DNA from: Turneriella sp.
GTDB lineage: Bacteria; Spirochaetota; Leptospiria; Turneriellales; Turneriellaceae
Length of the DNA: 64,000 bases
Direction of reading: 5' to 3'
Assembly: GCA_965279515.1 (NCBI GenBank)
Contig: CBDIID010000003.1
Location: 1,472,001 to 1,536,000 of the forward strand
Shown here one piece after another: positions 49,906 through 58,756 of this stretch. The first letter of the stretch is position 1; the number at the start of each line of letters is the position of its first letter. A program made the position numbers and the translations under genes. The notes beneath the pieces are model-generated. The model did not search any database. It was not told where the DNA came from and was given only the letters and a program-made list of their open reading frames with translations.

Positions 49906-50745
49906 TTATGCCGGCTTGCGCTTCATCCAGGTGAGAGCAATCAAGACAAGGCTTGTTGCCGTTAATACCTCAGCCCAGAAAAATATCAGTACGTCGAGCG
50001 TCGTGCCAAATGTGGGTACAGACGGCTGTGAATTGCGCATACTGACGAATACGAACAGTGTTGCACCGATCCATGTCATCTGGCCGAATTCGACCTTGCG
50101 GCCGCCGACAACGACAAGATACGTTACGCCAACAACAGCAAGCGCCAGAACGGCAATCATGGCGTTGATGAAAAAGCTGAACAGCCGAACTTCGAGGGTA
50201 CGACCGATCGTTGTATTGAGTACAAGATAACCTTGCTTCTGGCTTTCTTCGTCAATGCCCGCGCTGCTATCCATACCGGAGAGCTTATCTTTGTAACGGT
50301 AGACAACCGGGATATTCTGACCCACTGCATCAGTCAATACCGCATAAATTTGCGTGTGGTAATGATCGTTGGGATATGCAGTGATTTCGCCTTCAATATC
50401 AACTTCAACTTCAACCGATTTTGGTTTAATGCCGGCCTTCATCTGGTGTTCTTGTTTTTTGGGATCGGTATCTGGAACAGCCAGCGTCATCGGCGCAATC
50501 GGAAAGCCCGTCTGCGGATTTGCGTATTTACCCTGCGCGACGAAGTCGAGCTTAAAGCGCATGACATCTTTAACGGTGTCGATGTTAGCGGGGCTCATAT
50601 AGACTAAGATGAAGTCTTTGGGAGCTTCTTTTTCGAGGAAAATATCCTCAGATTTATCAGGGTCGCCCCCGGAATGGAGCAGGAATGTACCAACCCACAA
50701 GCCGGCGAAAACCAGAACGGCAATGCCTATTTTTAGAATTTTCAT
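49906..50745 (-). CDS. DUF4436-like membrane protein
   Basis: YPNDHY, W...LF....RNSQP..P.FG..LD...FFWAE. Confidence 0.75.
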   Translation of the reverse strand: MKILKIGIAVLVFAGLWVGTFLLHSGGDPDKSEDIFLEKEAPKDFILVYMSPANIDTVKDVMRFKLDFVAQGKYANPQTGFPIAPMTLAVPDTDPKKQEHQMKAGIKPKSVEVEVDIEGEITAYPNDHYHTQIYAVLTDAVGQNIPVVYRYKDKLSGMDSSAGIDEESQKQGYLVLNTTIGRTLEVRLFSFFINAMIAVLALAVVGVTYLVVVGGRKVEFGQMTWIGATLFVFVSMRNSQPSVPTFGTTLDVLIFFWAEVLTATSLVLIALTWMKRKPA

Positions 50746-50922
50746 AGTCGGACAGGGAATAGAATGCCCGTGGTTTGGCGAGAAATTTTACCGGAAAATA
50801 GAATGAAAAAACGCAAACTGCGGTGGTTCAGAACCGCGCAGGGGGCAACTGAAAGTATTGTTCTCCCGGTTGACGCGGCTATCGTATTAATGAAGCATGC
50901 CCACGGCCTGAGGATCTAAACC

Positions 50923-51555
50923 GTGATCAATATTCTGGTAGTTGAAGATGACGAGATAACCCGGGAAACCCTCCGCGCCTTACTGCAGGCCCAACCTGAT
51001 TTCAAACTGGCAGGCTTGTACGCTGATTTGCAATCCACAGTCAAAGGCACACCCGATGCGTCCCCCCATCTGATTATCCTCGACCTGAGATTGCCTGACG
51101 TGCGTGGCATTGAAAGTATCACAGTTCTGCGCAGTAAATATCCCGACGCCCGCATCACTATGTATACGGCATATGAAGACGAGTCTGATCTGCTACAGTG
51201 CATGCTCGCTGGCGCGCACGGCTATATTCTGAAAGACACTCCTTCAGAGCGCCTTGTCTCTGAGTTGCGTGTTATTGCTCAGGGAGGCTCCACACTGACG
51301 CCCCGTGTGGCTGCCAAACTGTTGAATCAACTGACGCCGCCGAAACTGGCCGATTCAACGCTGAGCAAGAGAGAACTCGAAGTATTAAATTCCATTTCAC
51401 TCGGGCTCAGGTACGAAGATATCGGGGAAAAACTGGATATCAGCGTCCATACAGTGCGGCATCACATCGAAAAAATTTACCGCAAACTCGATGTCACGAG
51501 CCGCGGCCAGGCAGTAGCGCAGGCCGTACGGTCAGGTATCATCAAACTCGAATAA
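50923..51555 (+). CDS. NarL/LuxR family response regulator (copy 1)
   Basis: VEDD, LDLRLP, GYILK, LSKRELEVL, IYRKLDV. Confidence 0.92.
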   Translation: MINILVVEDDEITRETLRALLQAQPDFKLAGLYADLQSTVKGTPDASPHLIILDLRLPDVRGIESITVLRSKYPDARITMYTAYEDESDLLQCMLAGAHGYILKDTPSERLVSELRVIAQGGSTLTPRVAAKLLNQLTPPKLADSTLSKRELEVLNSISLGLRYEDIGEKLDISVHTVRHHIEKIYRKLDVTSRGQAVAQAVRSGIIKLE

Positions 51556-51568
51556 CAACCCGACGGCC

Positions 51569-52753
51569 GTGCGCAGACTGAGTTGGCAGGTTCTATTTCA
51601 GATCTTTAACCCAAGCTACGGGTTACCGCAGAGTGCGCAATTTATTAACCGGCGCTGGTTACTTCGCCAATCCTTTGTACTGAGCCTGGGCTCTTCGATT
51701 CTGACCCTGATTTCTTTTCCGGCCTACCACTATCTGACGCTCGGGAGCATCGAAGCGATTTTCCGCAACCATCCGCACCGCATTGCTGTTGTCGTCGCAG
51801 CTGTTCTCTGCGTCGCTCTTCCACTCGGCCTGCGTAAGGCCCGCCCTTACATTGAATATTTTTCGTTCTTAAACCTGGTGATTCTTTTTATCTGCGTCGC
51901 GATTGACGTATCGATCAGCGAACGGCCACGGCGGTACGCCGCTATCGGTCTCGTACCGCTTTTCGGCAGCACTTTTGTTTTCACCGATATCTGGGTGATG
52001 ACCATCGCCTATGCATCGTCGTGTACCGTTTTTGCAGTGCTGAACTCTGCGCGCGAGCGCACCACCGAAATCGTTATCATTTATGCGATTGCTTACTTCA
52101 TCGCCTGGTGGATGGCCATGATCCGTATCCGCAGCCTGCACCGTATCAGCCTCGACCAGGCCCGGCTCTATGAACGGCAGGTCTACGATCAGCGTGTGCG
52201 TCTCGCGCGTAACCTGCATGATTCACTCGGCGGCGACCTGATGCAACTTTCGCTGCAACTCGCGGGCAATACACCGCGCGAGCAGATGCTCGACCTGGCA
52301 TACGAAGTGATTGCCAAGACCAAAAATCTCGTCTATACCCTCGAACCGAAGAATGAAAATCAAAATTTTGGTGACTATGTGCGTTCTTACGGCGAACGGC
52401 TCGCACAGACAGGCAAGTTCAGGGTGGATATCCACATCGACGAACCCTGGCCACTGATGCGCATGGACCACGCGCTCAATCTGCAGGCGCTGTTTACCGA
52501 ATGGATGACAAATACGATCCGTTATTCCACAGCGCATACACTGCGGATTTTTCTGCGCAACCCCGGCAGCGGTTATTTTCTCATCATCAGAGACGACGGC
52601 ACAGGCTTCCGCTGGAACGGTAAAAAAACGGGTTCGGGCCTGAGAAACATCGCCCTGCGGGCAGAGCTGTTGAACGCCAAGGTTTTCGCGCGTAAATGCA
52701 GTAAATCCGGCGGTACTATTTTTTTTCTGAAAGGGAGACTTACACATGATTAA
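51569..52753 (+). CDS. Membrane sensor histidine kinase (HisKA_3 type)
   Basis: TM helices; RLARNLHDSLG, TNTIRY, DDGTGF, GSGLRNI. Confidence 0.9.
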   Translation: MRRLSWQVLFQIFNPSYGLPQSAQFINRRWLLRQSFVLSLGSSILTLISFPAYHYLTLGSIEAIFRNHPHRIAVVVAAVLCVALPLGLRKARPYIEYFSFLNLVILFICVAIDVSISERPRRYAAIGLVPLFGSTFVFTDIWVMTIAYASSCTVFAVLNSARERTTEIVIIYAIAYFIAWWMAMIRIRSLHRISLDQARLYERQVYDQRVRLARNLHDSLGGDLMQLSLQLAGNTPREQMLDLAYEVIAKTKNLVYTLEPKNENQNFGDYVRSYGERLAQTGKFRVDIHIDEPWPLMRMDHALNLQALFTEWMTNTIRYSTAHTLRIFLRNPGSGYFLIIRDDGTGFRWNGKKTGSGLRNIALRAELLNAKVFARKCSKSGGTIFFLKGRLTHD

Positions 52754-53378
52754 CCTCATTATCGTTGAAGACAACACACATGTCCAGGAAAGGCTGAACG
52801 CATTATTGGAACAGGTTACCGACATACAGGTAGCAGGCACGTACGCCGATCTGAAATCTGCTGTCGCTGCGATGCCGGCGGCTATCCCCGATCTGATCGT
52901 ACTGGATCTCAAACTGCCCGATGTGCGGGGCGTGGAAGCGATTACCGCGCTGGGTCAAAAATACCCGGCAGCGCGGATTACGATCTATACAGCCTATGAA
53001 AACGAAACGGACATTCTGAACTGTATGCTGGCGGGCGCGCACGGTTATATTCTCAAGGATACGCCCGACGACCGCTTGGTCGCCGAGCTGCGGGTGATTG
53101 CGCAGGGCGGCTCGACACTGACGCCGCGCGTGGCTGAAAAACTGATGAAGCAGTTCACGCCGCCAAAGCTTGCGGAATCTGCACTCAGCAAGCGCGAGCT
53201 CGAGGTCTTGAATTTTATCTCCCTGGGTCTTCGCTACGAAGATATCGCCGATGAACTCGATATCAGTGTGCATACGGTGCGGCACCACATTGAAAAGATT
53301 TACCGCAAGCTCGATGTCACGAGCCGCGGCGAGGCTGTGGCGCAGGCGGTGCGCAGCGGTATCATCAAAATGGACTGA
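52746..53378 (+). CDS. NarL/LuxR family response regulator (copy 2)
   Basis: 210 aa, close paralogue of 50923-51555. Confidence 0.92.
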   Translation: MINLIIVEDNTHVQERLNALLEQVTDIQVAGTYADLKSAVAAMPAAIPDLIVLDLKLPDVRGVEAITALGQKYPAARITIYTAYENETDILNCMLAGAHGYILKDTPDDRLVAELRVIAQGGSTLTPRVAEKLMKQFTPPKLAESALSKRELEVLNFISLGLRYEDIADELDISVHTVRHHIEKIYRKLDVTSRGEAVAQAVRSGIIKMD

Positions 53379-53545
53379 TAGGATATTTGCCCTAGGCTTT
53401 CTATCCCGGGGGATAGTTGCCTATTGACCTTTGACAAAAATCAGATATATTGCGCATGTTGTTTTTTTGGAATTTCTGGAGCGCGGGCGCCTGTCCGCGC
53501 TTCTTTTTTTCTGGAAGCAAACGAAAATCGTCTTAAGGAGACAAC

Positions 53546-54346
53546 ATGAGAAAAGTAATTTCTATTCTTGCAGCGCTCGCCCTTGTTGGGTCAGTAGCGG
53601 CAGCACCAAAAAAGCCGGCTGCAAAACCTGCAAAGCCTGCGGTAGCAGTACCAGCAATTCCTGCAGTGCCGGCTGTGCCGAAAACAACGGCGCCAACAGG
53701 CGGCGCGAAGTTTATCATTAACGCATGGGGTGGATACTCCATTAACGGCAGGACGGATCTGGTTAAAGCCGTTGATTCTTTTGCTTCAGCAACGGAAACA
53801 ACCGCAGCAGGATTTACCGCAAAAGCCGTAGATGAAACAACGAAGGGAGTCGCAGGTGGACTGGACCTTCTTTACGGCGAAAAATTCCAATTTGGCGTAG
53901 GAGCATACTATCTTCAGGGTTTCAAAACGACCAAGACCAACACTTACGGAACCGCTAAGGTAAACCACACAACGCAGATGAACTATATTCCGATTCTTGC
54001 ACAGATTCGTTACTTTATCTTCGAGGGTTTATATGTTGGCATCGGAGCCGGGGTGGCTGTTGCCATCAGTGGAAAAAGCGAAGGTAGCTTAACAGGTACC
54101 ACAGCCACCGGTTGGCCATACTCGACAGCCTATAGCGGCACGCTGCTCTGGGGCGAAGGCCGCCTGGGCTACAATCTGAAGATTTCTGATCTAATCGGCA
54201 TCGATATTTTTGGCATTGTATCGTACCAAGACGGTAAAGTTGATTTTCAAACAACAGATTCAACAGGAGCTCTTTTGGCAGCGACTTCCGTTAAGAATAG
54301 TGGCGTCAACATCACACCAGGCCTCGGTATCTCTCTCCGTTTCTAA
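53546..54346 (+). CDS. Outer-membrane beta-barrel protein with Pro/Ala/Lys-rich N-terminus
   Basis: AAGGAG SD, signal peptide, beta-strands, C-terminal SLRF. Confidence 0.8.
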   Translation: MRKVISILAALALVGSVAAAPKKPAAKPAKPAVAVPAIPAVPAVPKTTAPTGGAKFIINAWGGYSINGRTDLVKAVDSFASATETTAAGFTAKAVDETTKGVAGGLDLLYGEKFQFGVGAYYLQGFKTTKTNTYGTAKVNHTTQMNYIPILAQIRYFIFEGLYVGIGAGVAVAISGKSEGSLTGTTATGWPYSTAYSGTLLWGEGRLGYNLKISDLIGIDIFGIVSYQDGKVDFQTTDSTGALLAATSVKNSGVNITPGLGISLRF

Positions 54347-54370
54347 TTTTACTCAAGATTAGAGACCTCA

Positions 54371-54398
54371 CCCCGGCCCTCGCCGGGGTTTTTTATTT
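54371..54398 (+). terminator. Intrinsic terminator
   Basis: CCCCGG..CCGGGG followed by TTTTTTATTT. Confidence 0.8.
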
Positions 54399-54436
54399 CT
54401 TGCCCCGCCGATCGTTGCACCATATGCTGTCCGACG

Positions 54437-54697
54437 ATGAAAATGAAAGCAATACTTCTGATTTCCCTGATCGCCCTCGCCGGCGCCTGCAAAAAAGGTC
54501 CTTCGACAGGCTCAGGACAGGCTTCTAGTGACGGTTGCAGCGACCTCGATGCCAACAGCGCCCGCATGCGTTGTACGAACAACAATGTCGAGTTCTGCTC
54601 TTCGTACTCAAAGTATAAGTGGATGGAGACACAGAAGTGCCCCGCGAACCAGAAATGCTTCATTTCACCCGACGGCAAATCGGGCGGCTGTAAGTAA
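54437..54697 (+). CDS. Small Cys-rich lipoprotein
   Basis: LAGAC lipobox, six further Cys. Confidence 0.75.
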   Translation: MKMKAILLISLIALAGACKKGPSTGSGQASSDGCSDLDANSARMRCTNNNVEFCSSYSKYKWMETQKCPANQKCFISPDGKSGGCK

Positions 54698-54724
54698 TTT
54701 CAACGGGCGCCCGTAAGGGGCGCT

Positions 54725-55498
54725 TTAAACCAGGCCTGCGGCCATCGCCAGACCAATCACGCTGACACCCAGCGCAACGAGCCACTGCAGCGTTTTCAGC
54801 TCTGTTTTTTTAAGCATTAGATTACCCATGAGCGCACCCGCAAAAGCACTGCCGGCAGCAATTGCCAGCACGTAACCATGCTCACCCAGGCTGAAGCTGT
54901 TTGAAAACGGCCGGTAGATCAGAAGCCGTACCGCGTCGACGATACAGGCAATCGCAATGCCAGTACCGATAAAAATTTCCTTGGTAAGTCCCGCACGAAT
55001 GAGAAACGCACTGCGCAGTGCGCCCTGATGGCCCGACAGGCCCCCGAAAAAACCAGAGATAAAACCACCGGCATAGATTTTATTCGCAGAGAATTGGATA
55101 TTTTTGAGGCGCGGTATCGCTTCGAACAGTGCGAAAAAAATCATCAGTCCACCCAGCGTGAGTTTAAGCGCAGTCACGTGAAAGATTTTTCCGGCGAGGG
55201 AATATCCCGTGATCACGCCCGCCGATGGCAGCACATAGAGCAATCCGGCGCCGGCAAGGGCGCCGAAACCTGCCGGAATACCAAACGACACCACGATACG
55301 CCATTCGATATGCGTGCGCATCAATGCATATTTAAAGAGGTTATTCAGAAAATGAACGATCGCCGTGAGTGCAATCGCCGTCGGTGCGGGAAAAAACACC
55401 AGCATGACAGGAGTCAGGATTGTCGCAAGGCCGAAGCCTGTGAAAAATGTGAGTAATGACGCAAGCGCCGCGGTGGCTGATATGAGGGCGATCTCCAT
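54725..55498 (-). CDS. TauE/SafE (TSUP) family transporter
   Basis: FFTGFGLATILTP, SGFFGGLSGHQGALRS. Confidence 0.85.
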   Translation of the reverse strand: MEIALISATAALASLLTFFTGFGLATILTPVMLVFFPAPTAIALTAIVHFLNNLFKYALMRTHIEWRIVVSFGIPAGFGALAGAGLLYVLPSAGVITGYSLAGKIFHVTALKLTLGGLMIFFALFEAIPRLKNIQFSANKIYAGGFISGFFGGLSGHQGALRSAFLIRAGLTKEIFIGTGIAIACIVDAVRLLIYRPFSNSFSLGEHGYVLAIAAGSAFAGALMGNLMLKKTELKTLQWLVALGVSVIGLAMAAGLV

Positions 55499-55503
55499 GG
55501 TTC

Positions 55504-55531
55504 CGGTCACTTCGACTCCGCTCAGTGAGCC
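55504..55531. repeat. REP-like element (CTTCGAC..GCTCAG family)
   Basis: CGGTCACTTCGACTCCGCTCAGTGAGCC. Confidence 0.65.
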
Positions 55532-55619
55532 AGTACCTTAGCGAGAGAATTTGGTTCGCCCGGTGAGCCCGGATTTTATCCGGCAAAATCCCTGATCGAA
55601 CCGCGCGATCAGGGAATAC

Positions 55620-56456
55620 CTACTTCTGCTTTTCAATCAGCGCATACGCCGAGTGGTTGTGGATCGATTCGAAATTTTCCGCTTCGGCGATATAGTGGCT
55701 GATGCGGTCGTCGTTGTTGAGTTTGTGCGCCACATCGCGCACAATGTCTTCAACAAACTTCGGGTTTTCATAAGCGCGCTCTGTGACGAACTTTTCGTCG
55801 GGGCGCTTCAAGAGGCCATAGAGTTCGCACGAGGCACTGTCTTCGGCGATGCGGATAACATCTTCGATCCAGAGAATGTTGTGGCCTTCGGCGAGTTCGG
55901 AGAGGCGCGCTGTGATCGTGATATGGCTGCGCTGGTTATGCGCGCCGTACTTTGAAATCTCTTTAGAACAGGGGCAGAGGCTGGTGACCGGAACGACGAC
56001 TTTAATCTGCAGGTCTGTGACTCCCTCTTCGCATTTGCCGATGAAGGTGACGTCATAGTCCATCAGTGACTGCACACCCGAGACCGGCGCCGCTTTATTG
56101 ACGAAATAGGTAAAACGCATATGTATCTCGCCCGCGCGGGACTCGAGGCGTTCGAGCATTTCAGGCAGCAGGGCCTTGAAGGTCGCCACATCGAGATGTT
56201 TCTGGCGGCCTTCGAGAATCTCGATAAAGCGAGACATATGCGTGCCTTTGAACTGCTGTGGCAGGTAGACCGACATCGTCAGGTCTGCCACGGTATTCTG
56301 CACATCGCCGGTTTTGTCGCGGATCTGTATCGGATAGCGAATTCCCTTGATACCGACCTTATCGATGGCTATCCGCCGGGTGTCAGCACTCGACTGCACA
56401 TCAACGAGGGGGGCACCGCTGTCGACCTGCGGTTTTACGCCATTCACGAGACTCAT
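55620..56456 (-). CDS. folE2: GTP cyclohydrolase I type IB
   Basis: [44 protein letters not shown]. Confidence 0.96.
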   Translation of the reverse strand: MSLVNGVKPQVDSGAPLVDVQSSADTRRIAIDKVGIKGIRYPIQIRDKTGDVQNTVADLTMSVYLPQQFKGTHMSRFIEILEGRQKHLDVATFKALLPEMLERLESRAGEIHMRFTYFVNKAAPVSGVQSLMDYDVTFIGKCEEGVTDLQIKVVVPVTSLCPCSKEISKYGAHNQRSHITITARLSELAEGHNILWIEDVIRIAEDSASCELYGLLKRPDEKFVTERAYENPKFVEDIVRDVAHKLNNDDRISHYIAEAENFESIHNHSAYALIEKQK

Positions 56457-56559
56457 GGCTCTATTATATTAAAAGGCCAGCTAACCCGCCAGAAAAGGGG
56501 GCATTTGTCCAAGGTCGGATTTCCTGTTGACCCGGCGAAGTCGTCGCATAATGGGCATA

Positions 56560-57726
56560 ATGCGATTTCGCCCGCTGGCCTTTTTCAGCCTTTTGACTTT
56601 CACAATCACTGCCGTTGAGATAGACGACCTCCGCAAGAATGCCCAGAACAAGACCGACACGATTCGGGACGAAAGTAACCAGAAAATCGCCAAAATTCTT
56701 GCCCGCTTCGCGGAGTTCAGGAATGACCTGGAGAAAATCAAGCCAGGGCTCAATCTCAAGATACCCATCGATACGCAACGCGGGGGGAAGATGCGTGTTC
56801 TCGATCATCCCGAATTACCGGGCGTACCCGAATTCAAGAAAGTCTTTGCGATCGTCACCGAAGATTACAAGCTCAAAACCTGGCATTCCGATTCTGACTC
56901 ACAAAATCTGGATAAAGTGCGCGCCGGCGACAAGGTTGAGGTGATTATGGTCGTCAATCCCCGCACCACAGAGACAACGTTTGGTTGGGCGCTGATCCGC
57001 ACTGCGGCTGAGACCGAGGGTTATATACCGCAGAAGTACCTCAAGAACCTGCCCGAAGAGACCATCCCCTCGACAGCAAAAAAAGAGCGTAAGTACGTGT
57101 TCGTTTCAACGGGCCTCAGAATGCGCAGCGAGGCTTCGCTCGCGGGTGAATTTCTGGTCCTCGTACCCTATGAGACCGAGGTCGTCGTCACGGGTTATTC
57201 CAAAACCAAAGAGACCATCGATGGCCTCACGGATTTCTGGGCCGAGACAAGTTATGGTGGCAAAACCGGCTGGCTGTTTAACGCCTACCTGCGCCCCGTC
57301 GGGCAAAAGCCCCCGCCGGAGCCGCCTGAGATCAACCCTAACGGCTTTGCCATGCCGGTCGGCGGCCGCATCACTTCTAAATTTGGCCCGCGCATCGACC
57401 CTGTCACAAAAAAAGCGGGGGATTTCCACCGTGGCATAGACATCGCCGCAGCGAGCGGCACGGAGATCAAGGCCGCGAAGGAAGGCGAGGTTTTTGAAAA
57501 CTCAAAAAACGCCTACTGGGGAAATTACATTATCTTAAAGCATGCGGGCAATGTCTTCACGTATTATTGCCACCAGTCCAAAACAAAATCGCTGAAAGGC
57601 GCGAAGGTCACAACCACCGATGTCATCGGTTATGTCGGGCGCACCGGCAAGGCCACGGGCCCACACCTGCACTTTGAAGTCAGGTTGGGCGGCGACCCGA
57701 AAGACCCGCTGCAATACGTGAAATAG
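56560..57726 (+). CDS. M23 metallopeptidase with SH3 domains
   Basis: HRGID, GNYI, YCH, TGPHLHFEV; two SH3b-like repeats. Confidence 0.9.
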   Translation: MRFRPLAFFSLLTFTITAVEIDDLRKNAQNKTDTIRDESNQKIAKILARFAEFRNDLEKIKPGLNLKIPIDTQRGGKMRVLDHPELPGVPEFKKVFAIVTEDYKLKTWHSDSDSQNLDKVRAGDKVEVIMVVNPRTTETTFGWALIRTAAETEGYIPQKYLKNLPEETIPSTAKKERKYVFVSTGLRMRSEASLAGEFLVLVPYETEVVVTGYSKTKETIDGLTDFWAETSYGGKTGWLFNAYLRPVGQKPPPEPPEINPNGFAMPVGGRITSKFGPRIDPVTKKAGDFHRGIDIAAASGTEIKAAKEGEVFENSKNAYWGNYIILKHAGNVFTYYCHQSKTKSLKGAKVTTTDVIGYVGRTGKATGPHLHFEVRLGGDPKDPLQYVK

Positions 57727-57805
57727 TCATCGCCGTGTTCCCGGAAAGCCTTAGCAGGCTTTAATTTCAGTTTACGCCGCAGTCAGAAATCGGGGTTTAA
57801 GCCCT

Positions 57806-58756
57806 ATGAAGTTGGGTAAAGCGCTCATAGCGGCACTGCTTTTGGCCGCGTTCAGTCAATCCCACCTGACTGGTGCAGTACTTGTCGATGTCGTTGCCGT
57901 CGTCGCCAACGCCCCCGTGACGAACCTCGATCTCTCGCATGAAGTCGAACGCATGCAGAAACGCCGCGGGTTTAAGAAAGAAAAACGCGGTTTGCAGAGC
58001 CAGGCGCTCGACACCCTGATCGGCCGCGCCATCATCGATGTGATCGCACGCGAAGAATCGGTGACGATCTCACCCGAACGTATCAAAAACCAGCTCAAAA
58101 AAGAGATGGATATGCGCGGCATTCTGCGCGAAGAAGAATATAAAAAAGTCATCAAACGCGATACAGGTCTCGATTTCGAAGATTATAAAGAAGAGATGAC
58201 CCGTCAGCTGAAGACGCAGCAGGTCATGCAATTGCGCGTCTCGGTGCCAAACCCGACGCCTTCGCAGGTCGAAGAGTGGTACCGGCAGAACAAAACACGC
58301 GTCGGGAAAAAATTCAACTTCCGGATGATTTTTATTCCCGTACACGGAAACGAACTCCAGGTTTCGAATAACATGAAAGCGGCGCGCACCATGGGTGCAT
58401 CATCGAGTGCGGGCTTCGCCAGCGCCGCGTCAAAATATTCTGCCCACCCGTCGCGCGGGCGCGGCGGTCTCATGGTTGACCAGCGCCTCGATCAACTCGC
58501 GCAAATTGACCCGATTCTCGCGGGCGCTGTCAACGGCACGCCGCAGGGGCAAACCTCGCAGGTCTTTGTCGGCGCCAACGGCGGTTATTACTGCGTGCGC
58601 GTCGAAAGCTCACGTGCCATCGGTCTCGACGAAGTCTACGATAACGTACGCGCCATTCTCTACAGTGAAAACGAACAGATCGAATATCGTCGCTGGCTGA
58701 AAGAGCAGCGCAAACGCGTCGCGGTCACAATCTACCTCAAAGACTATCAGGAATGA
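57806..58756 (+). CDS. SurA-like peptidylprolyl isomerase/chaperone
   Basis: VVAVV..PVT, FASAASKYS..PSRGRGG; signal peptide. Confidence 0.8.
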   Translation: MKLGKALIAALLLAAFSQSHLTGAVLVDVVAVVANAPVTNLDLSHEVERMQKRRGFKKEKRGLQSQALDTLIGRAIIDVIAREESVTISPERIKNQLKKEMDMRGILREEEYKKVIKRDTGLDFEDYKEEMTRQLKTQQVMQLRVSVPNPTPSQVEEWYRQNKTRVGKKFNFRMIFIPVHGNELQVSNNMKAARTMGASSSAGFASAASKYSAHPSRGRGGLMVDQRLDQLAQIDPILAGAVNGTPQGQTSQVFVGANGGYYCVRVESSRAIGLDEVYDNVRAILYSENEQIEYRRWLKEQRKRVAVTIYLKDYQE

